The translations under genes were made by a program, and so were the position numbers. From assembly GCA_034667725.1 (NCBI GenBank), contig JAXDQS010000004.1:43878-107877 (forward strand): 64,000 nt of DNA, read 5' to 3'. Origin of the DNA: Thermoplasmata archaeon (GTDB lineage: Archaea; Thermoplasmatota; E2; JACPAO01; JAHFTW01). The notes under the pieces were generated by a model that had not been told where the DNA came from, ran no database searches, and saw only the letters and a list, made by a program, of their open reading frames with translations. Shown here in pieces: positions 1-9,471 of the stretch; position 1 is the first letter of the stretch; each line of letters starts with the position of its first letter.

Positions 1-2
1 TC

Positions 3-674
3 ACGGCGATCTTGCTGGCGTCGTTCCTGATCCGCACGCCGGCGCTCAAGGTGGTGGGCGGCCTCTACCTGCTGTTCCTGGGCGTCCGGCATTTCTACCA
101 GCTGGCCCGACACCGCGCCGCCGGCCACAAGGAGCACAAGGTGAGCCCCGGCTGGCTGGTGCGGCTCGGCGTCCCGGCGCTGGTGGCGGTCATCATCCAG
201 ATCGAGGTCATCGACCTGGCGTTCGCGGTGGACCAGGTGGTGGTGGCGGTCGCGTTCACCGACGAGATCCTGCTCATCGTCATCGCCAGCATGCTGGGCA
301 TCCTGTTCTTGCGCCTGGCCGCCGCCGTCGTGGCCCGCGTCATGGACTGGCTGCCCCTGCTGGAGCACATGGCCTACGTCGCCGTGACCTACGTCGGCGT
401 GAAGCTCATCCTGCTGCACCCGTGGTTCGTCACCAACGCCCAGGTGGTCGGCCGCGACGTGGTGGGCGGCGCCTGCCGCGTCCCGTTCATCCCGGTCCAG
501 CACCAGGTCGCGCCCGGCGGCCTGCCCGGCTGCGAGATTCCGACCCCGCTCTCGGTCACGGTGACCTTGGCCCTGTTCGGCGTCCCGATCCTCCTCAAGC
601 TGCTGTTCGGCATCCCGCGCTCGACCCAGACGCCGCCCCCCGAGATGGTGCCGCCGCCTCCCCGGCAACCTTGA
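3..674 (+). CDS. TerC-family integral membrane protein (5' truncated by window edge)
   Basis: Open from the window start; GGLYLL and IEVIDLAFAVDQVVVAVA match the TerC D-x-x-F-x-x-D motif; paralogous to the next gene. Confidence 0.8.
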   Translation, partial: TAILLASFLIRTPALKVVGGLYLLFLGVRHFYQLARHRAAGHKEHKVSPGWLVRLGVPALVAVIIQIEVIDLAFAVDQVVVAVAFTDEILLIVIASMLGILFLRLAAAVVARVMDWLPLLEHMAYVAVTYVGVKLILLHPWFVTNAQVVGRDVVGGACRVPFIPVQHQVAPGGLPGCEIPTPLSVTVTLALFGVPILLKLLFGIPRSTQTPPPEMVPPPPRQP

Positions 675-698
675 AGCCGTGGGTCCGGTCGGCGCTGC

Positions 699-1568
699 GT
701 GGACCTGCTGGGCGACCTCGCCATCGTGCTGACCCTGGTGCTGCTGGAGGCAGTCCTCAGCTTCGACAACGCAGCCATCCTCACCGTCCTGTCGCGCCGG
801 CTGCATGACCTCGACGAGCGCCGCCGGGCCCTCAACATCGGCCTCCTCATCGCGTACGGGCTGCGGGTCGCCGCCATCCTGGCCGCCGTCGTGCTGGTGC
901 AGCAGCCGCTGTTCTTGGTGCTGGGCGGCCTCTACCTCGTCGTCTTGGGCATCAAGCACTTCGTGGCGTTGGCCCGCAAGGGCGACGAGCACTTGGCGGC
1001 CGAGCACAAGCCCATCCTGGCCCGCATCGGCCTCGGCGCGTTCGCCGCCGTCGTGCTGGAGATCGGCGTCATCGACCTGGTGTTCGCGCTCGACCAGGTG
1101 GTCGCCGCCGTCGGCTTCGTCCGCGGCCACGAGCACGCCACCATCCTCATCATCATCGCCGCCAGCCTCGGCCTCCTGAGTCTCCGCCTGCTTGCCCCGT
1201 TCATCGGGCGCCTCATGGACTGGCTGCCGCTGTTGGAGCACATGGCGTTCGTCGCCGTGGCCTTCGTCGGCGGCCTGATGCTGCTGGAGCACACCTCGCT
1301 TGCCGGCGGCCTCCAGCTCGTGGCCAGCCCCGAGGCCCCCGGCGCCCCGGCCGTCCTGTTCCACATGGAGAAGACGGTCAAGATCGGCGTCACCTTGGCG
1401 CTGTTCGCGGTGCCGGTGTTCATCAAGCTGGCGTTCAAGGTGCCGCGCAGCCACCCGGGCGTCCACGCCGCCGTCGAGACGGACTTCGCGGCCAAGGCGC
1501 CGCACCGGGGCGAAGAGGTCGCCCAAGGCGACCCAAAGCACCCGGGCGAGACCCTCAAGCCTCGTTGA
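699..1568 (+). CDS. TerC-family integral membrane protein
   Basis: LVLLEAVLSFDNAAIL (TerC LSxDN motif), IDLVFALDQVVAAV, multiple TM helices; GTG start. Confidence 0.85.
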   Translation: MDLLGDLAIVLTLVLLEAVLSFDNAAILTVLSRRLHDLDERRRALNIGLLIAYGLRVAAILAAVVLVQQPLFLVLGGLYLVVLGIKHFVALARKGDEHLAAEHKPILARIGLGAFAAVVLEIGVIDLVFALDQVVAAVGFVRGHEHATILIIIAASLGLLSLRLLAPFIGRLMDWLPLLEHMAFVAVAFVGGLMLLEHTSLAGGLQLVASPEAPGAPAVLFHMEKTVKIGVTLALFAVPVFIKLAFKVPRSHPGVHAAVETDFAAKAPHRGEEVAQGDPKHPGETLKPR

Positions 1569-1610
1569 CCGACGCGCAAAGGCCATCTGCTGCCCCTGGT
1601 TTTTCTGGCC

Positions 1611-1931
1611 GTGGCCTACGACGAAGGGCTCGCCCAGCGCATCCGCGACCTCATGCCCGGCGCCAAGGAGAAGGCGATGTTCGGCGGCGTGGCGTGGATG
1701 GACCGCGGCAACCTGGTCGTCGGCGTCCTGGGCGAGGAGATGGTGGCCCGCGTCGGGAAGGACGACACCGAGGCGGCGCTGGCCCAGGAGGGCGTGCGGC
1801 CGTTCGCGTTCACCGGCCGCGCCATGGCCGGCTGGGTCTTGGTCGCGCCGGAGGCCATCGCCGAGGACGACGACCTGGCGCTCTGGGTCGCCCGCTGCCA
1901 CCGCTTCACCGACACGCTCCCCTCGAAGTGA
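1611..1931 (+). CDS. TfoX/Sxy N-terminal domain protein
   Basis: MAYDEGLAQRIR...KAMFGG...GRAMAGWVLV...LPSK is typical of the family. Confidence 0.85.
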   Translation: MAYDEGLAQRIRDLMPGAKEKAMFGGVAWMDRGNLVVGVLGEEMVARVGKDDTEAALAQEGVRPFAFTGRAMAGWVLVAPEAIAEDDDLALWVARCHRFTDTLPSK

Positions 1932-1934
1932 CCC

Positions 1935-2378
1935 ATGGCCGACGAACCTCCCAAGCCCTTGCAGCGCGAACTCCTGGTGTGCCTGCTGCTGCACTTGGTG
2001 GCGATGGCGGTCGGCGCCGCCTGGACGTTCTTGGGCTGCAAGGACAACTGCGGCGAAGGCACGCGGATGTGGACGCTGATCGGCGGCGTCACCATCTTCG
2101 CCGTCGCGGCCACCGCCGCCGCGTCCGAGCTGGCCCGCTCGCTGGCGGGCACCGGCGACGGCTGGCTGCGGTGGGCGGGGCTCTCGATGCTCACGGCCGC
2201 CCTCACGGCGGCGGCGCTCGGGTTCCTCGCCCGGCCGCCGGTGCCGATGGTGCACGCGCCGCTGGAGCGCGGGCTCGCCATCATCCTGCTGGCCGCCGCC
2301 TCCAACGCGCTGCTGTCGCTGGTGGGGGCGGGCGTCGTGCGCTGGGCGCGCAAGCGGGGCGAGCCTCAGGCGCCGTAG
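1935..2378 (+). CDS. Hypothetical membrane protein (about 4 TM)
   Basis: Hydrophobic segments; ATG 3 nt after the upstream stop. Confidence 0.6.
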   Translation: MADEPPKPLQRELLVCLLLHLVAMAVGAAWTFLGCKDNCGEGTRMWTLIGGVTIFAVAATAAASELARSLAGTGDGWLRWAGLSMLTAALTAAALGFLARPPVPMVHAPLERGLAIILLAAASNALLSLVGAGVVRWARKRGEPQAP

Positions 2379-3337
2379 CGCCGCAGCAGGCCGCCGTATG
2401 CGTCGACCCGGCGGTCGCGGAAGAAGGGCCAGCCGCGCCGGGCCCGCTCGATCTCCTCGAGGTCGCACTCGACCACCAGGACCTCCTCCTGCTCGCCGGC
2501 CTCGGCGGCCACGACGCCCATGGGCTTGGCGACGAACGAGTGGCCCCAGAACTGCAGGTCCTCCTCGCGGCCGACGCGGTTGACGGCGACGACGAAGCAG
2601 CCGTTGGCGACGGCGTGGGCGCGTTGGATGGTGTGCCAGGCCTGGTGCTGGGTGTCCTTGTACTCCATCTCGCCGAGCCAGGTGCCGATCGCCGTCGGGT
2701 AGAACAGGATGTCCGCGCCCTGCATCGCGGTGAGGCGGGCGGCCTCGGGATACCACTGGTCCCAGCACACGAGGACGCCGATGCGGCCGAACCTGGTGTC
2801 GAACGCCTTGAAGGGGCCGCCGGGCGCGTCGGCGTCGCCGGGCGTGAAGTAGAACTTCTCGTAGAACCGCGGGTCGTCGGGGATGTGCATCTTGCGGTAG
2901 CTGCCCAAGAGCGTGCCGTCCGCGTCGAGCACGACGGCGGTGTTGTGGTAGATGCCCCGGGCGCGTTTCTCGAACAGGCTGCCGATGATGACGATGCCGT
3001 GCTCCTTGGCCTTGCGGGCGAGGGCTTGGGTCGTCGGGCCCGGGATGGGCTCCGCGAGGTCGAAGAACGCCGCGTCCTCCTCCTGGCAGAAATAGGGCCC
3101 GAGGAACAGCTCCTGGGTGCACACGATCTGGGCGCCCTTGCGGGCGGCGGCGTCGATGAGCTTCAGGGTGCGCGCCAGGTTGTCCTTCGGGTCCGGGCTG
3201 GCGTGGGTCTGCACGACGCCGACCGTCACGGTGTGGGTGTGCGAGGTGTGCGCCAGCGCCTCGGACGCGCCGCGGGCCCCTGCCGGCTCGGCGGCGGGCG
3301 CGTGCAGCTTGGGCTTCGGCGTCCGCTTCGCGGGCAT
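2366..3337 (-). CDS. Carbon-nitrogen hydrolase, N-carbamoylputrescine amidase (AguB/CPA)-like
   Basis: Glu-Lys-Cys triad motifs QELF, YRKMHIPDDP.FYEKFYF.PGD, CWDQWYPE; start trimmed to MPAKR. Confidence 0.88.
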   Translation of the reverse strand: MPAKRTPKPKLHAPAAEPAGARGASEALAHTSHTHTVTVGVVQTHASPDPKDNLARTLKLIDAAARKGAQIVCTQELFLGPYFCQEEDAAFFDLAEPIPGPTTQALARKAKEHGIVIIGSLFEKRARGIYHNTAVVLDADGTLLGSYRKMHIPDDPRFYEKFYFTPGDADAPGGPFKAFDTRFGRIGVLVCWDQWYPEAARLTAMQGADILFYPTAIGTWLGEMEYKDTQHQAWHTIQRAHAVANGCFVVAVNRVGREEDLQFWGHSFVAKPMGVVAAEAGEQEEVLVVECDLEEIERARRGWPFFRDRRVDAYGGLLRRYGA

Positions 3338-3362
3338 CACCGCGGCCACTGGATGGCGGGCT

Positions 3363-4217
3363 TCAGGGTTTTGGTGCCTCGGCAGGGCGCGGCCCCGTCT
3401 CGATGGGACGATTGGCGGCAGGGAAGCTCCACTCCGACCACGAGCCGGGGTAGAGCGCCGGCGGCGGCAGGCCGGCCAGCTCCATCGCGAGCACGTTGTG
3501 GGTGGAGGTGACGCCCGAGCCGCAATAGACCGCCACCTTCTGGCCGGTCGCCTCGGCGAAGCGGGCCCGCAGGGCGTCGCCGCCGAGGAAGCGCTGGTCG
3601 GGCCCGACGTTGCCGGCGAACGGCACGTTGACGGCGCCCGGGATGTGGCCGGCGCGCTTGTCGACGGGCTCCACGATGCCGGCGTAGCGCTCCGGCGCGC
3701 GGGCGTCCACCAGCGTGATGCCGCCCGCCTCCAGCTCCGGCGCCTCGATGACCGGCATGTGGCCGGGCTTGCCGGCGAACGCGGCGGGCTTGCGCGGCTT
3801 CTCGTGGCCGTTGGCCAGCGGCAGCCGCAACGCCTTCCAGCGCGTGAGGCCGCCGTCGAGCACGGCGACGTTGGCGTGGCCGTAGTGGCGCAGCAGCCAC
3901 CACAGGCGGCTGGCCCATTGGCCGGCGGCGTCGTCGTAGGCGACGACGAGGGTCGTGGGCGTGATGCCGTTCTGGCCGCACCAGCGCGCGAACGCGCCGG
4001 GCAGCGGCAGCGGGTGGCGGCCGCGGTGGCCGTCGCCGATGGGGCCCGACAGGTCGCGCTCGACGTGGGCGTAGTAGGCGCCGGGGACGTGGCCCTTGGC
4101 GTACTCGCGGACGCCCTTCTCCTTGTCCGCGAGGTCGAAGCGGCAGTCGACCACCAGCAGGTCCGGCCCGCCCAGGCGCTCTTGGAGGGCTTCGCACGCA
4201 AGGAGCGGGCTGGTCAC
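3363..4217 (-). CDS. Tandem rhodanese sulfurtransferase (SseA/MST type)
   Basis: GHVPGA, GRHPLP, GHIPGA, active loop CGSGVT, YPGSWSEW. Confidence 0.9.
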   Translation of the reverse strand: MTSPLLACEALQERLGGPDLLVVDCRFDLADKEKGVREYAKGHVPGAYYAHVERDLSGPIGDGHRGRHPLPLPGAFARWCGQNGITPTTLVVAYDDAAGQWASRLWWLLRHYGHANVAVLDGGLTRWKALRLPLANGHEKPRKPAAFAGKPGHMPVIEAPELEAGGITLVDARAPERYAGIVEPVDKRAGHIPGAVNVPFAGNVGPDQRFLGGDALRARFAEATGQKVAVYCGSGVTSTHNVLAMELAGLPPPALYPGSWSEWSFPAANRPIETGPRPAEAPKP

Positions 4218-4260
4218 GGGTGGCCGATGGCCGCCGGGCTGAAAGGCTGTTCCGCCCTGC

Positions 4261-5070
4261 TCAGGCGGGCGGGCCGACGTTCGCGGTGAGCGTTTCCTTC
4301 TGCACGTCGTCCGACTCCCAGGTGTAGGTGCCGGGGATCTTCAGGATGAACGCGCCGGAGCTGGCCAGGCGGGCCACGACGATGTCGCCGACCTTGCTGC
4401 CGACGGGGCCGTTCTTGAGCGTGTAGGCGTGGTCGAGCACGTCGTCGTTCTTGACCTCCAGCGCGTCGCCGGCCACCAGGTCCACGGTGTTCTTGTCGAG
4501 CCCGCCGCCCGCGAAGTCGCCGGCGGCGTGGGTCACGATCTCGAGGGTGCCGGTGGTGGCGATGTCGGACACCTTGATGGGGACCTCGGCGCTCCAGTAC
4601 TCCTTCTCGGGAAGCCCGTCGGCGTAGATGCGGGCATAGGCGCGCAGGTAGAACGTGCCCGGGGTCGTGAGGGTGAACGTCCCGTTGAAGGGGCCGGCGG
4701 CGGGGAGGTTCTGGTGCTCCTTGACGGCCAGCTCCATGACGCCGTAGTCCTCCATCTTCTTGACCTGGTCCAGCGGCGTGGGGTGGTGCGCCAGGCGGAC
4801 GCTGTTGTACATCGAGTGGCCGCCGGGGTAGCTGCCGTTGCTGACCGTCCAGGACACCTTTGCTTCAAGGTAGACGGTCGCGTTGTAGGACACGGCCCCC
4901 AGGGACACGGAGGGCGCCACCGGCTGCGGGCACAGGCTGGCCGGGTCCGCCGGCGCGTCGTCCGAAAGGGTCAGGATGGTGCCGTCCGGGCAGGCGAAGG
5001 TGTCATCCTGGGAGCCGGAGCAGCCGGCCAGGAGCAGGAGGGCCATGGCGACGGGGGCACCGAAGCGCAT
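4261..5070 (-). CDS. Hypothetical lipoprotein with beta-rich, possibly cupredoxin-like C-terminus
   Basis: LLLLAGC lipobox; Thr/Val-rich beta pattern; no full Cu ligand set. Confidence 0.65.
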   Translation of the reverse strand: MRFGAPVAMALLLLAGCSGSQDDTFACPDGTILTLSDDAPADPASLCPQPVAPSVSLGAVSYNATVYLEAKVSWTVSNGSYPGGHSMYNSVRLAHHPTPLDQVKKMEDYGVMELAVKEHQNLPAAGPFNGTFTLTTPGTFYLRAYARIYADGLPEKEYWSAEVPIKVSDIATTGTLEIVTHAAGDFAGGGLDKNTVDLVAGDALEVKNDDVLDHAYTLKNGPVGSKVGDIVVARLASSGAFILKIPGTYTWESDDVQKETLTANVGPPA

Positions 5071-5124
5071 CAGGGCGACGGACGCGGCCCAGGCAAAAGG
5101 CGTTCTGGATGGTGAGCTGGCCCC

Positions 5125-5430
5125 TCAGGGGTTCGGGACCGGGACGCACTGGCGGTCCTGCGGGGAGTCCAGGACGATGTAGTAGACGCAGACGCGGTCG
5201 AACTCGGTGCCGACGCAGGCGAAGGCGTACACGAAGCCGGTGGCCTGGTCCTGGACGAGGGCGTAGGGGCCGACGTTGCAGGGGTCGCTGTCGAAGACGC
5301 CGTCGGGGCCGTCGTTGCAGTCGACGGCGACCGGGTTGGGGCGCTCGATGCAGGCGGCGGTGGCGTTCGGCACGGCGGCGAGGGCGGCGACGGAGGCAAG
5401 CAGGGCGGCGGTCAGCAAGGCGCGGTTCAT
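5125..5430 (-). CDS. Small secreted protein with 6 Cys
   Basis: Signal peptide MNRALLTAALLASVAALAAVPNATA; six Cys in the roughly 75-aa mature part. Confidence 0.65.
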   Translation of the reverse strand: MNRALLTAALLASVAALAAVPNATAACIERPNPVAVDCNDGPDGVFDSDPCNVGPYALVQDQATGFVYAFACVGTEFDRVCVYYIVLDSPQDRQCVPVPNP

Positions 5431-5565
5431 GGGTTCATCCTGGGGCAAGCCCCGCCAAGGAACAGGGTGGAGGCCAGAAGGGGCTTCCGGGCAGATGCTC
5501 GAAAGCACCTTGGGACCCCAGCCCTCGCATCAACGCTTATCCCGGCCGTCCTCGTCGGCGCCTCC

Positions 5566-6435
5566 GTGCAGACCGTGGCCGCCCCAGGCAGCGCGCGTGA
5601 GCCCCTCACCATCGCCCAGCTCGAGGAGAAGGCGCGGCTCCTGCGCATCGAGGTCCTGAAGATGACCTACGGCGCCGGCTCCGGCCACCCCGGCGGGTCG
5701 TTCTCGATGGCGGAGTTCCTGGTGGCGCTCTACTACAACAAAATGATGGTCGAGCCCCAGAACCCGAAGGACCCCGACCGCGACATCTTCATCCTCTCCA
5801 AGGGCCACTGCGCGCCCGGCCTGTACGCCGTGCTGGGCGACCTGGGCTTCTTCCCCAAGGCCGAGTTCACCAAGCTCCGCAAGTTCGGCGGCCTGCTGCA
5901 AGGCCACGCCGACCGCAAGATCCCCGGCATCGAGATGAGCACCGGCAGCCTCGGCATGGGCCTGGGGTACGGCAACGGCTGCGCCATCGTCAAGCGCATC
6001 GACAACAAGAAGGGCCGCGTCTACGTGATCCTCGGCGACGGCGAGCTGCAGGAGGGCAACATCTGGGAGTCCGCGCTCACCTCCAGCCACCGCAAGCTCG
6101 ACAACGTCTGCGTCATCGTGGACGCCAACAAGATCCAGATCGACGGCTGGACCAAGGACGTCAAGGACGTCGGCGACATCAAGGCCAAGTTCGACGCCTT
6201 CGGCTTCTGGACCCGCAACGTCCCCGGCCACGACTTCCGCTCCATCCTCCAGGCGCTCGACGAGGCCGAGACCGTCGTCGGCCAGCCCCAATGCCTCGTC
6301 ATGGACACCCAGAAGGGCCACGGCGTCACCTTCATGGTCGGCAAGCCCGAGTTCCACGGCCGCGCCCTCACCAAGGACGAGATGGTCCGCGCCATGGCGG
6401 AGCTGGGCGAGACCTGGGCCAACGGAGGTGCCTGA
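5566..6435 (+). CDS. Transketolase, N-terminal (TPP-binding) subunit
   Basis: SGHPGGS, LSKGH, STGSLG, GDGELQEG...N TPP motif; GTG start about 27 nt after a CTTAT box. Confidence 0.92.
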   Translation: MQTVAAPGSAREPLTIAQLEEKARLLRIEVLKMTYGAGSGHPGGSFSMAEFLVALYYNKMMVEPQNPKDPDRDIFILSKGHCAPGLYAVLGDLGFFPKAEFTKLRKFGGLLQGHADRKIPGIEMSTGSLGMGLGYGNGCAIVKRIDNKKGRVYVILGDGELQEGNIWESALTSSHRKLDNVCVIVDANKIQIDGWTKDVKDVGDIKAKFDAFGFWTRNVPGHDFRSILQALDEAETVVGQPQCLVMDTQKGHGVTFMVGKPEFHGRALTKDEMVRAMAELGETWANGGA

Positions 6436-7469
6436 TGTCCTCCCCCGCCCCCGCCGCCCCCGACCGCTGGCGCCCCGGCGACAAGGTCAGCATCCGCGAC
6501 GGCTACGGCCGCGGGCTGCAGGAGATCGGGCGCACCCACGCCGACATCGTCGCGCTGGACGCCGACCTGGCCGAATCGACGCGCAGCCACTGGTTCGCCA
6601 AGGAGTTCCCGCACCGCTTCTACCAGATGGGCATCAGCGAGCAGGACATGGTCGTCACCGCCGCCGGCATGGCGCACATGGGCAAGGTGCCGTTCGCCTC
6701 CTCGTTCGCCATCTTCCTCCAACGCGGCTGGGAGCAGATCCGCAATTGCGTCGGCCGCCAGAACCTGAACGTCAAGTTCTGCGGCAGCCACGGCGGCCTC
6801 ATGACCGGCCAGGACGGCAGCTCCGCCCACGCCCTCGAGGACGTCGGCGTCATGCGCACCCTGCCGCACATGGGCGTCGTGGCCCCCTGCGACGCCGTCG
6901 AGGCCAAGTCCGCCGTGCTCGCCATGTACCTGCGCCCCGGCCCGGCCTACATGCGCAGCACCCGCGCCGCCGTGCCCGTGCTGTTCCCCGAGGACCACGA
7001 GTTCAAGTGGGGCAAGGGCCACGTGCTGGCCGACGGCGACGACGCCACCATCATCGCCAACGGCCCCCAGGTCAACGAGGGCCTCATGGCCGCCAAGGCG
7101 CTCAAGGAGAAGGGCCTGAGCGTCCGCGTCATCTCGATGGCGTCCATCAAGCCCATCGACCGCACCCTGATCGCCAAGGCCGGCCGCGAGACCGGCTTCG
7201 TCGTGTCCGCCGAGGACCACTTCATCCACAACGGCCTCGGCTCCGCGGTCGCGGAGTGCCTCGCCGGCGAAGGGGTCGCGGCCAAGCTGTGGCGCGTCGG
7301 CGTCCAGGACGGCTTCACCCAGTCCGGCGACCCGAAGGACCTCTACCGCTACTATGGCGTGGACGCGCAGGCCATCGGCGAGACCGTCGTCCGCCTGCGC
7401 GACGGGTCGTTGCGGGCGCCGTTGGCGCCGCACGACCTCGTCGGGGCGGCGAGCGTTCGCCTCGCCTGA
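6435..7469 (+). CDS. Transketolase, C-terminal subunit
   Basis: DADLAEST, GISEQDM, GQDGSSAH, EDH...GLGS; TGATG overlap with the N-terminal subunit. Confidence 0.92.
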   Translation: MSSPAPAAPDRWRPGDKVSIRDGYGRGLQEIGRTHADIVALDADLAESTRSHWFAKEFPHRFYQMGISEQDMVVTAAGMAHMGKVPFASSFAIFLQRGWEQIRNCVGRQNLNVKFCGSHGGLMTGQDGSSAHALEDVGVMRTLPHMGVVAPCDAVEAKSAVLAMYLRPGPAYMRSTRAAVPVLFPEDHEFKWGKGHVLADGDDATIIANGPQVNEGLMAAKALKEKGLSVRVISMASIKPIDRTLIAKAGRETGFVVSAEDHFIHNGLGSAVAECLAGEGVAAKLWRVGVQDGFTQSGDPKDLYRYYGVDAQAIGETVVRLRDGSLRAPLAPHDLVGAASVRLA

Positions 7470-7513
7470 ACCACGGATTCCACGGATCGCACGGAACGAT
7501 TGGAATCCGTGGT
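7470..7513. repeat. Palindromic CACGGATTN-unit repeat element (intergenic copy)
   Basis: ACCACGGATTC-CACGGATCG-CACGGA...GAATCCGTGGT between convergent genes; same units at 42425, 44960 and 53080. Confidence 0.8.
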
Positions 7514-7524
7514 CCCAATAGGCG

Positions 7525-8118
7525 TCAAGCCTTGTTGGGTTCCCAGAGGGTCTCGGCGCCGCCTTGCGCCTTCGCCGCCCACCGCGACCACACGAACAGC
7601 GCATCCGACAGGCGGTTGAGGTAGCGCACCTCGCGCTCCAGGCCGCCGGCCTCGCGCTGGAGGGTCACGGCGACCCGTTCGGCGCGGCGGCACACCGTGC
7701 GGGCGACGTGCAGCATGGCGTCGAGCCGGGTCCCGCCGGGCAGGACGAACGAGCGCAGCGCGGGCAGCTCGGCGGTGCGGGCGTCGATCTCTGCCTCCAG
7801 CCAGGCGACGTCGGCGTCGGTGGTGCGCGGCTGGCGCGGCCCGAGGTCGGCCGGCAGGGTGGCGAGGCAGGAGCCGAGGTTGAACAGCTGGTGCTCGATT
7901 CGCAGCAGCGTGGGGGCGAGCGCGGAAGTGGCGGCGTCGAGATGGCTGCGGACCATGCCGACCCAGGCGTTGAGCTCGTCCACGGTGCCGTAGGCCTCGA
8001 TGCGCAGGTCGTCCTTCGGCACGCGCTGGCCGCCGACCAAGCCGGTGGCGCCGGCGTCACCCGTGCGGGTGTAGATGCGCGACAGCCCGACGCGGGGCTC
8101 CTGGAAGGGGTCGGCCAC
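7525..8118 (-). CDS. ATP:cob(I)alamin adenosyltransferase, PduO type
   Basis: IYTRTGDAG, AYGTVDELN, FVLPGG, ARTVCRRAER, YLNRLSD. Confidence 0.93.
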   Translation of the reverse strand: MADPFQEPRVGLSRIYTRTGDAGATGLVGGQRVPKDDLRIEAYGTVDELNAWVGMVRSHLDAATSALAPTLLRIEHQLFNLGSCLATLPADLGPRQPRTTDADVAWLEAEIDARTAELPALRSFVLPGGTRLDAMLHVARTVCRRAERVAVTLQREAGGLEREVRYLNRLSDALFVWSRWAAKAQGGAETLWEPNKA

Positions 8119-8133
8119 GGGGTTGGAGGGCGG

Positions 8134-8517
8134 TCAGGCCATAAGGGCAAGCCGGCACCGCTGCACGTCCCGCATCCGCTCCAGGGTGGCGTGCAGCGCC
8201 TGGATGCGGGCGGGAGGCCCGGCGACGATGAGGACGTCCATGCAGGTCTCCTGCTCGCAGTGGGTGTGCATCAGGGACAGGACGACGTCGTGGAAGGCGT
8301 GGCGGACTTCGCTGATGCGCGCCTCGGTGCCGTGCGGGTAGAGGATGGTGATGGAGCCGTGGAGGTGGCGGCCGGTGGCGGGGGCGTGGTGGCTGCCGAG
8401 GCGGTCGCGGGCGGCGGCGCGCAGGAACTCGCTGCGGCCCTTGTAGTCCCCCGTGGCGATGGCGCGGTCCATCTCCTCCAGGAGGTCTTCGGGGAGGCTG
8501 ACGCTGACAACGGCCAT
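8134..8517 (-). CDS. nikR: NikR-family ribbon-helix-helix metalloregulator
   Basis: VVSVSLP..LL..MD...RSEFLR RHH domain; H...HTH...C ligand pattern. Confidence 0.8.
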   Translation of the reverse strand: MAVVSVSLPEDLLEEMDRAIATGDYKGRSEFLRAAARDRLGSHHAPATGRHLHGSITILYPHGTEARISEVRHAFHDVVLSLMHTHCEQETCMDVLIVAGPPARIQALHATLERMRDVQRCRLALMA

Positions 8518-8539
8518 TGTGAGGCCCAGCCCGCCCGCA

Positions 8540-8567
8540 TTCATAATTCCTGGCAAGAAGCTATGAA
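8540..8567. promoter_or_regulatory. Candidate operator palindrome TTCATA-N16-TATGAA in the divergent promoter
   Basis: Perfect 6-bp inverted repeat with a 16-nt spacer between nikR-like and the ABC operon. Confidence 0.5.
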
Positions 8568-8589
8568 GGATGGGCGGTGGGGCGGTGGC

Positions 8590-9471
8590 ATGCGCTGGGT
8601 TGCCCCCCTGTCCTGCCTGGTCCTGCTGTTGGCGGGATGCGCCAGCACCACCCCCGAGAACACCGTGGCCGCCGCCAACTACCCGGTGCAGTACCTGGCC
8701 GAGCGCATCGCGGGCGACCTGGTCCCCGTGCGCATCCTGACGCCCCCCGGCGTCGACCTGCACGAGTTCGAGCCCACCCTCCGCGAGATCCAGATCCTGC
8801 GTGAGAGCCGCGTGCTGGTGCTGCACGGCCTCGGCGTCGAGCCCTGGGTGGACCACGCCCTGGAGAGCCTGGGCAGCGCCGCGCCGCCGGTCATCCGGGC
8901 CGCGACCCTGCCGGCGGGCGAGTCGTTCCTGGAGCTGGAGGAGGACGGCGAGGTCGGCCGCGACCCGCACACCTGGCTCGACCCGCTGGCTTACATTGCC
9001 GAGGCCAAGGTCGTGCGCGACGGCCTGATGGAGGCGTTCCCCGAGCACGCCGCCGCCTTCGCCGAGCGTGCCGCGGTCCTCGTGGCCGACCTGGAGGCGC
9101 TGCACGCCGCCATGGCCGCCGGCCTCGCCCAGTGCGAGATCCGCACCGTCGTCACCAACCACGACGCCTACTCCTACTTCGCGCGCCGGTACGGCCTGGA
9201 GATCGTCAGCCTGCACGGCCTCGAGCCGGGCTCCCAGCCGGACCCCCAGTCGGTGCGCGACGTCATCGAGACCATCCGCGCCACGGACACGACGGTGCTG
9301 TTCGTCGAGGACGAGACCGACCCCGCCGCCGTGGCCTCCATCGTCGCGGAGACCCACATCGCCACCGGCGTGCTGCACGTGGCCGAGTCCCGCCACCCCA
9401 CGCTCGACTACCTCGCCCTCCAGCGCGAGAACCTGGCCGCCTTGTCCGCGGCGCTCAGGTGCTCCGCTTGA
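8590..9471 (+). CDS. Metal ABC transporter substrate-binding lipoprotein (ZnuA/TroA family)
   Basis: LAGC lipobox, DLHEFEP, DPHTWLDP, HDAYSYF. Confidence 0.9.
   Translation: MRWVAPLSCLVLLLAGCASTTPENTVAAANYPVQYLAERIAGDLVPVRILTPPGVDLHEFEPTLREIQILRESRVLVLHGLGVEPWVDHALESLGSAAPPVIRAATLPAGESFLELEEDGEVGRDPHTWLDPLAYIAEAKVVRDGLMEAFPEHAAAFAERAAVLVADLEALHAAMAAGLAQCEIRTVVTNHDAYSYFARRYGLEIVSLHGLEPGSQPDPQSVRDVIETIRATDTTVLFVEDETDPAAVASIVAETHIATGVLHVAESRHPTLDYLALQRENLAALSAALRCSA

Noticed and set aside
2366-4201. Apparent 611-aa extended nitrilase or rhodanese-nitrilase fusion
   Set aside because: The N-terminal half is an off-frame read-through overlapping the sulfurtransferase, which has its own stop at 3363
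8119-8133. Cobalamin riboswitch upstream of the adenosyltransferase
   Set aside because: The intergenic gap is only 15 nt
7564-9471. 635-aa ORF ending in the metal-binding protein
   Set aside because: The upstream part overlaps pduO-like and nikR-like genes on the other strand; the lipobox fixes the start at 8590
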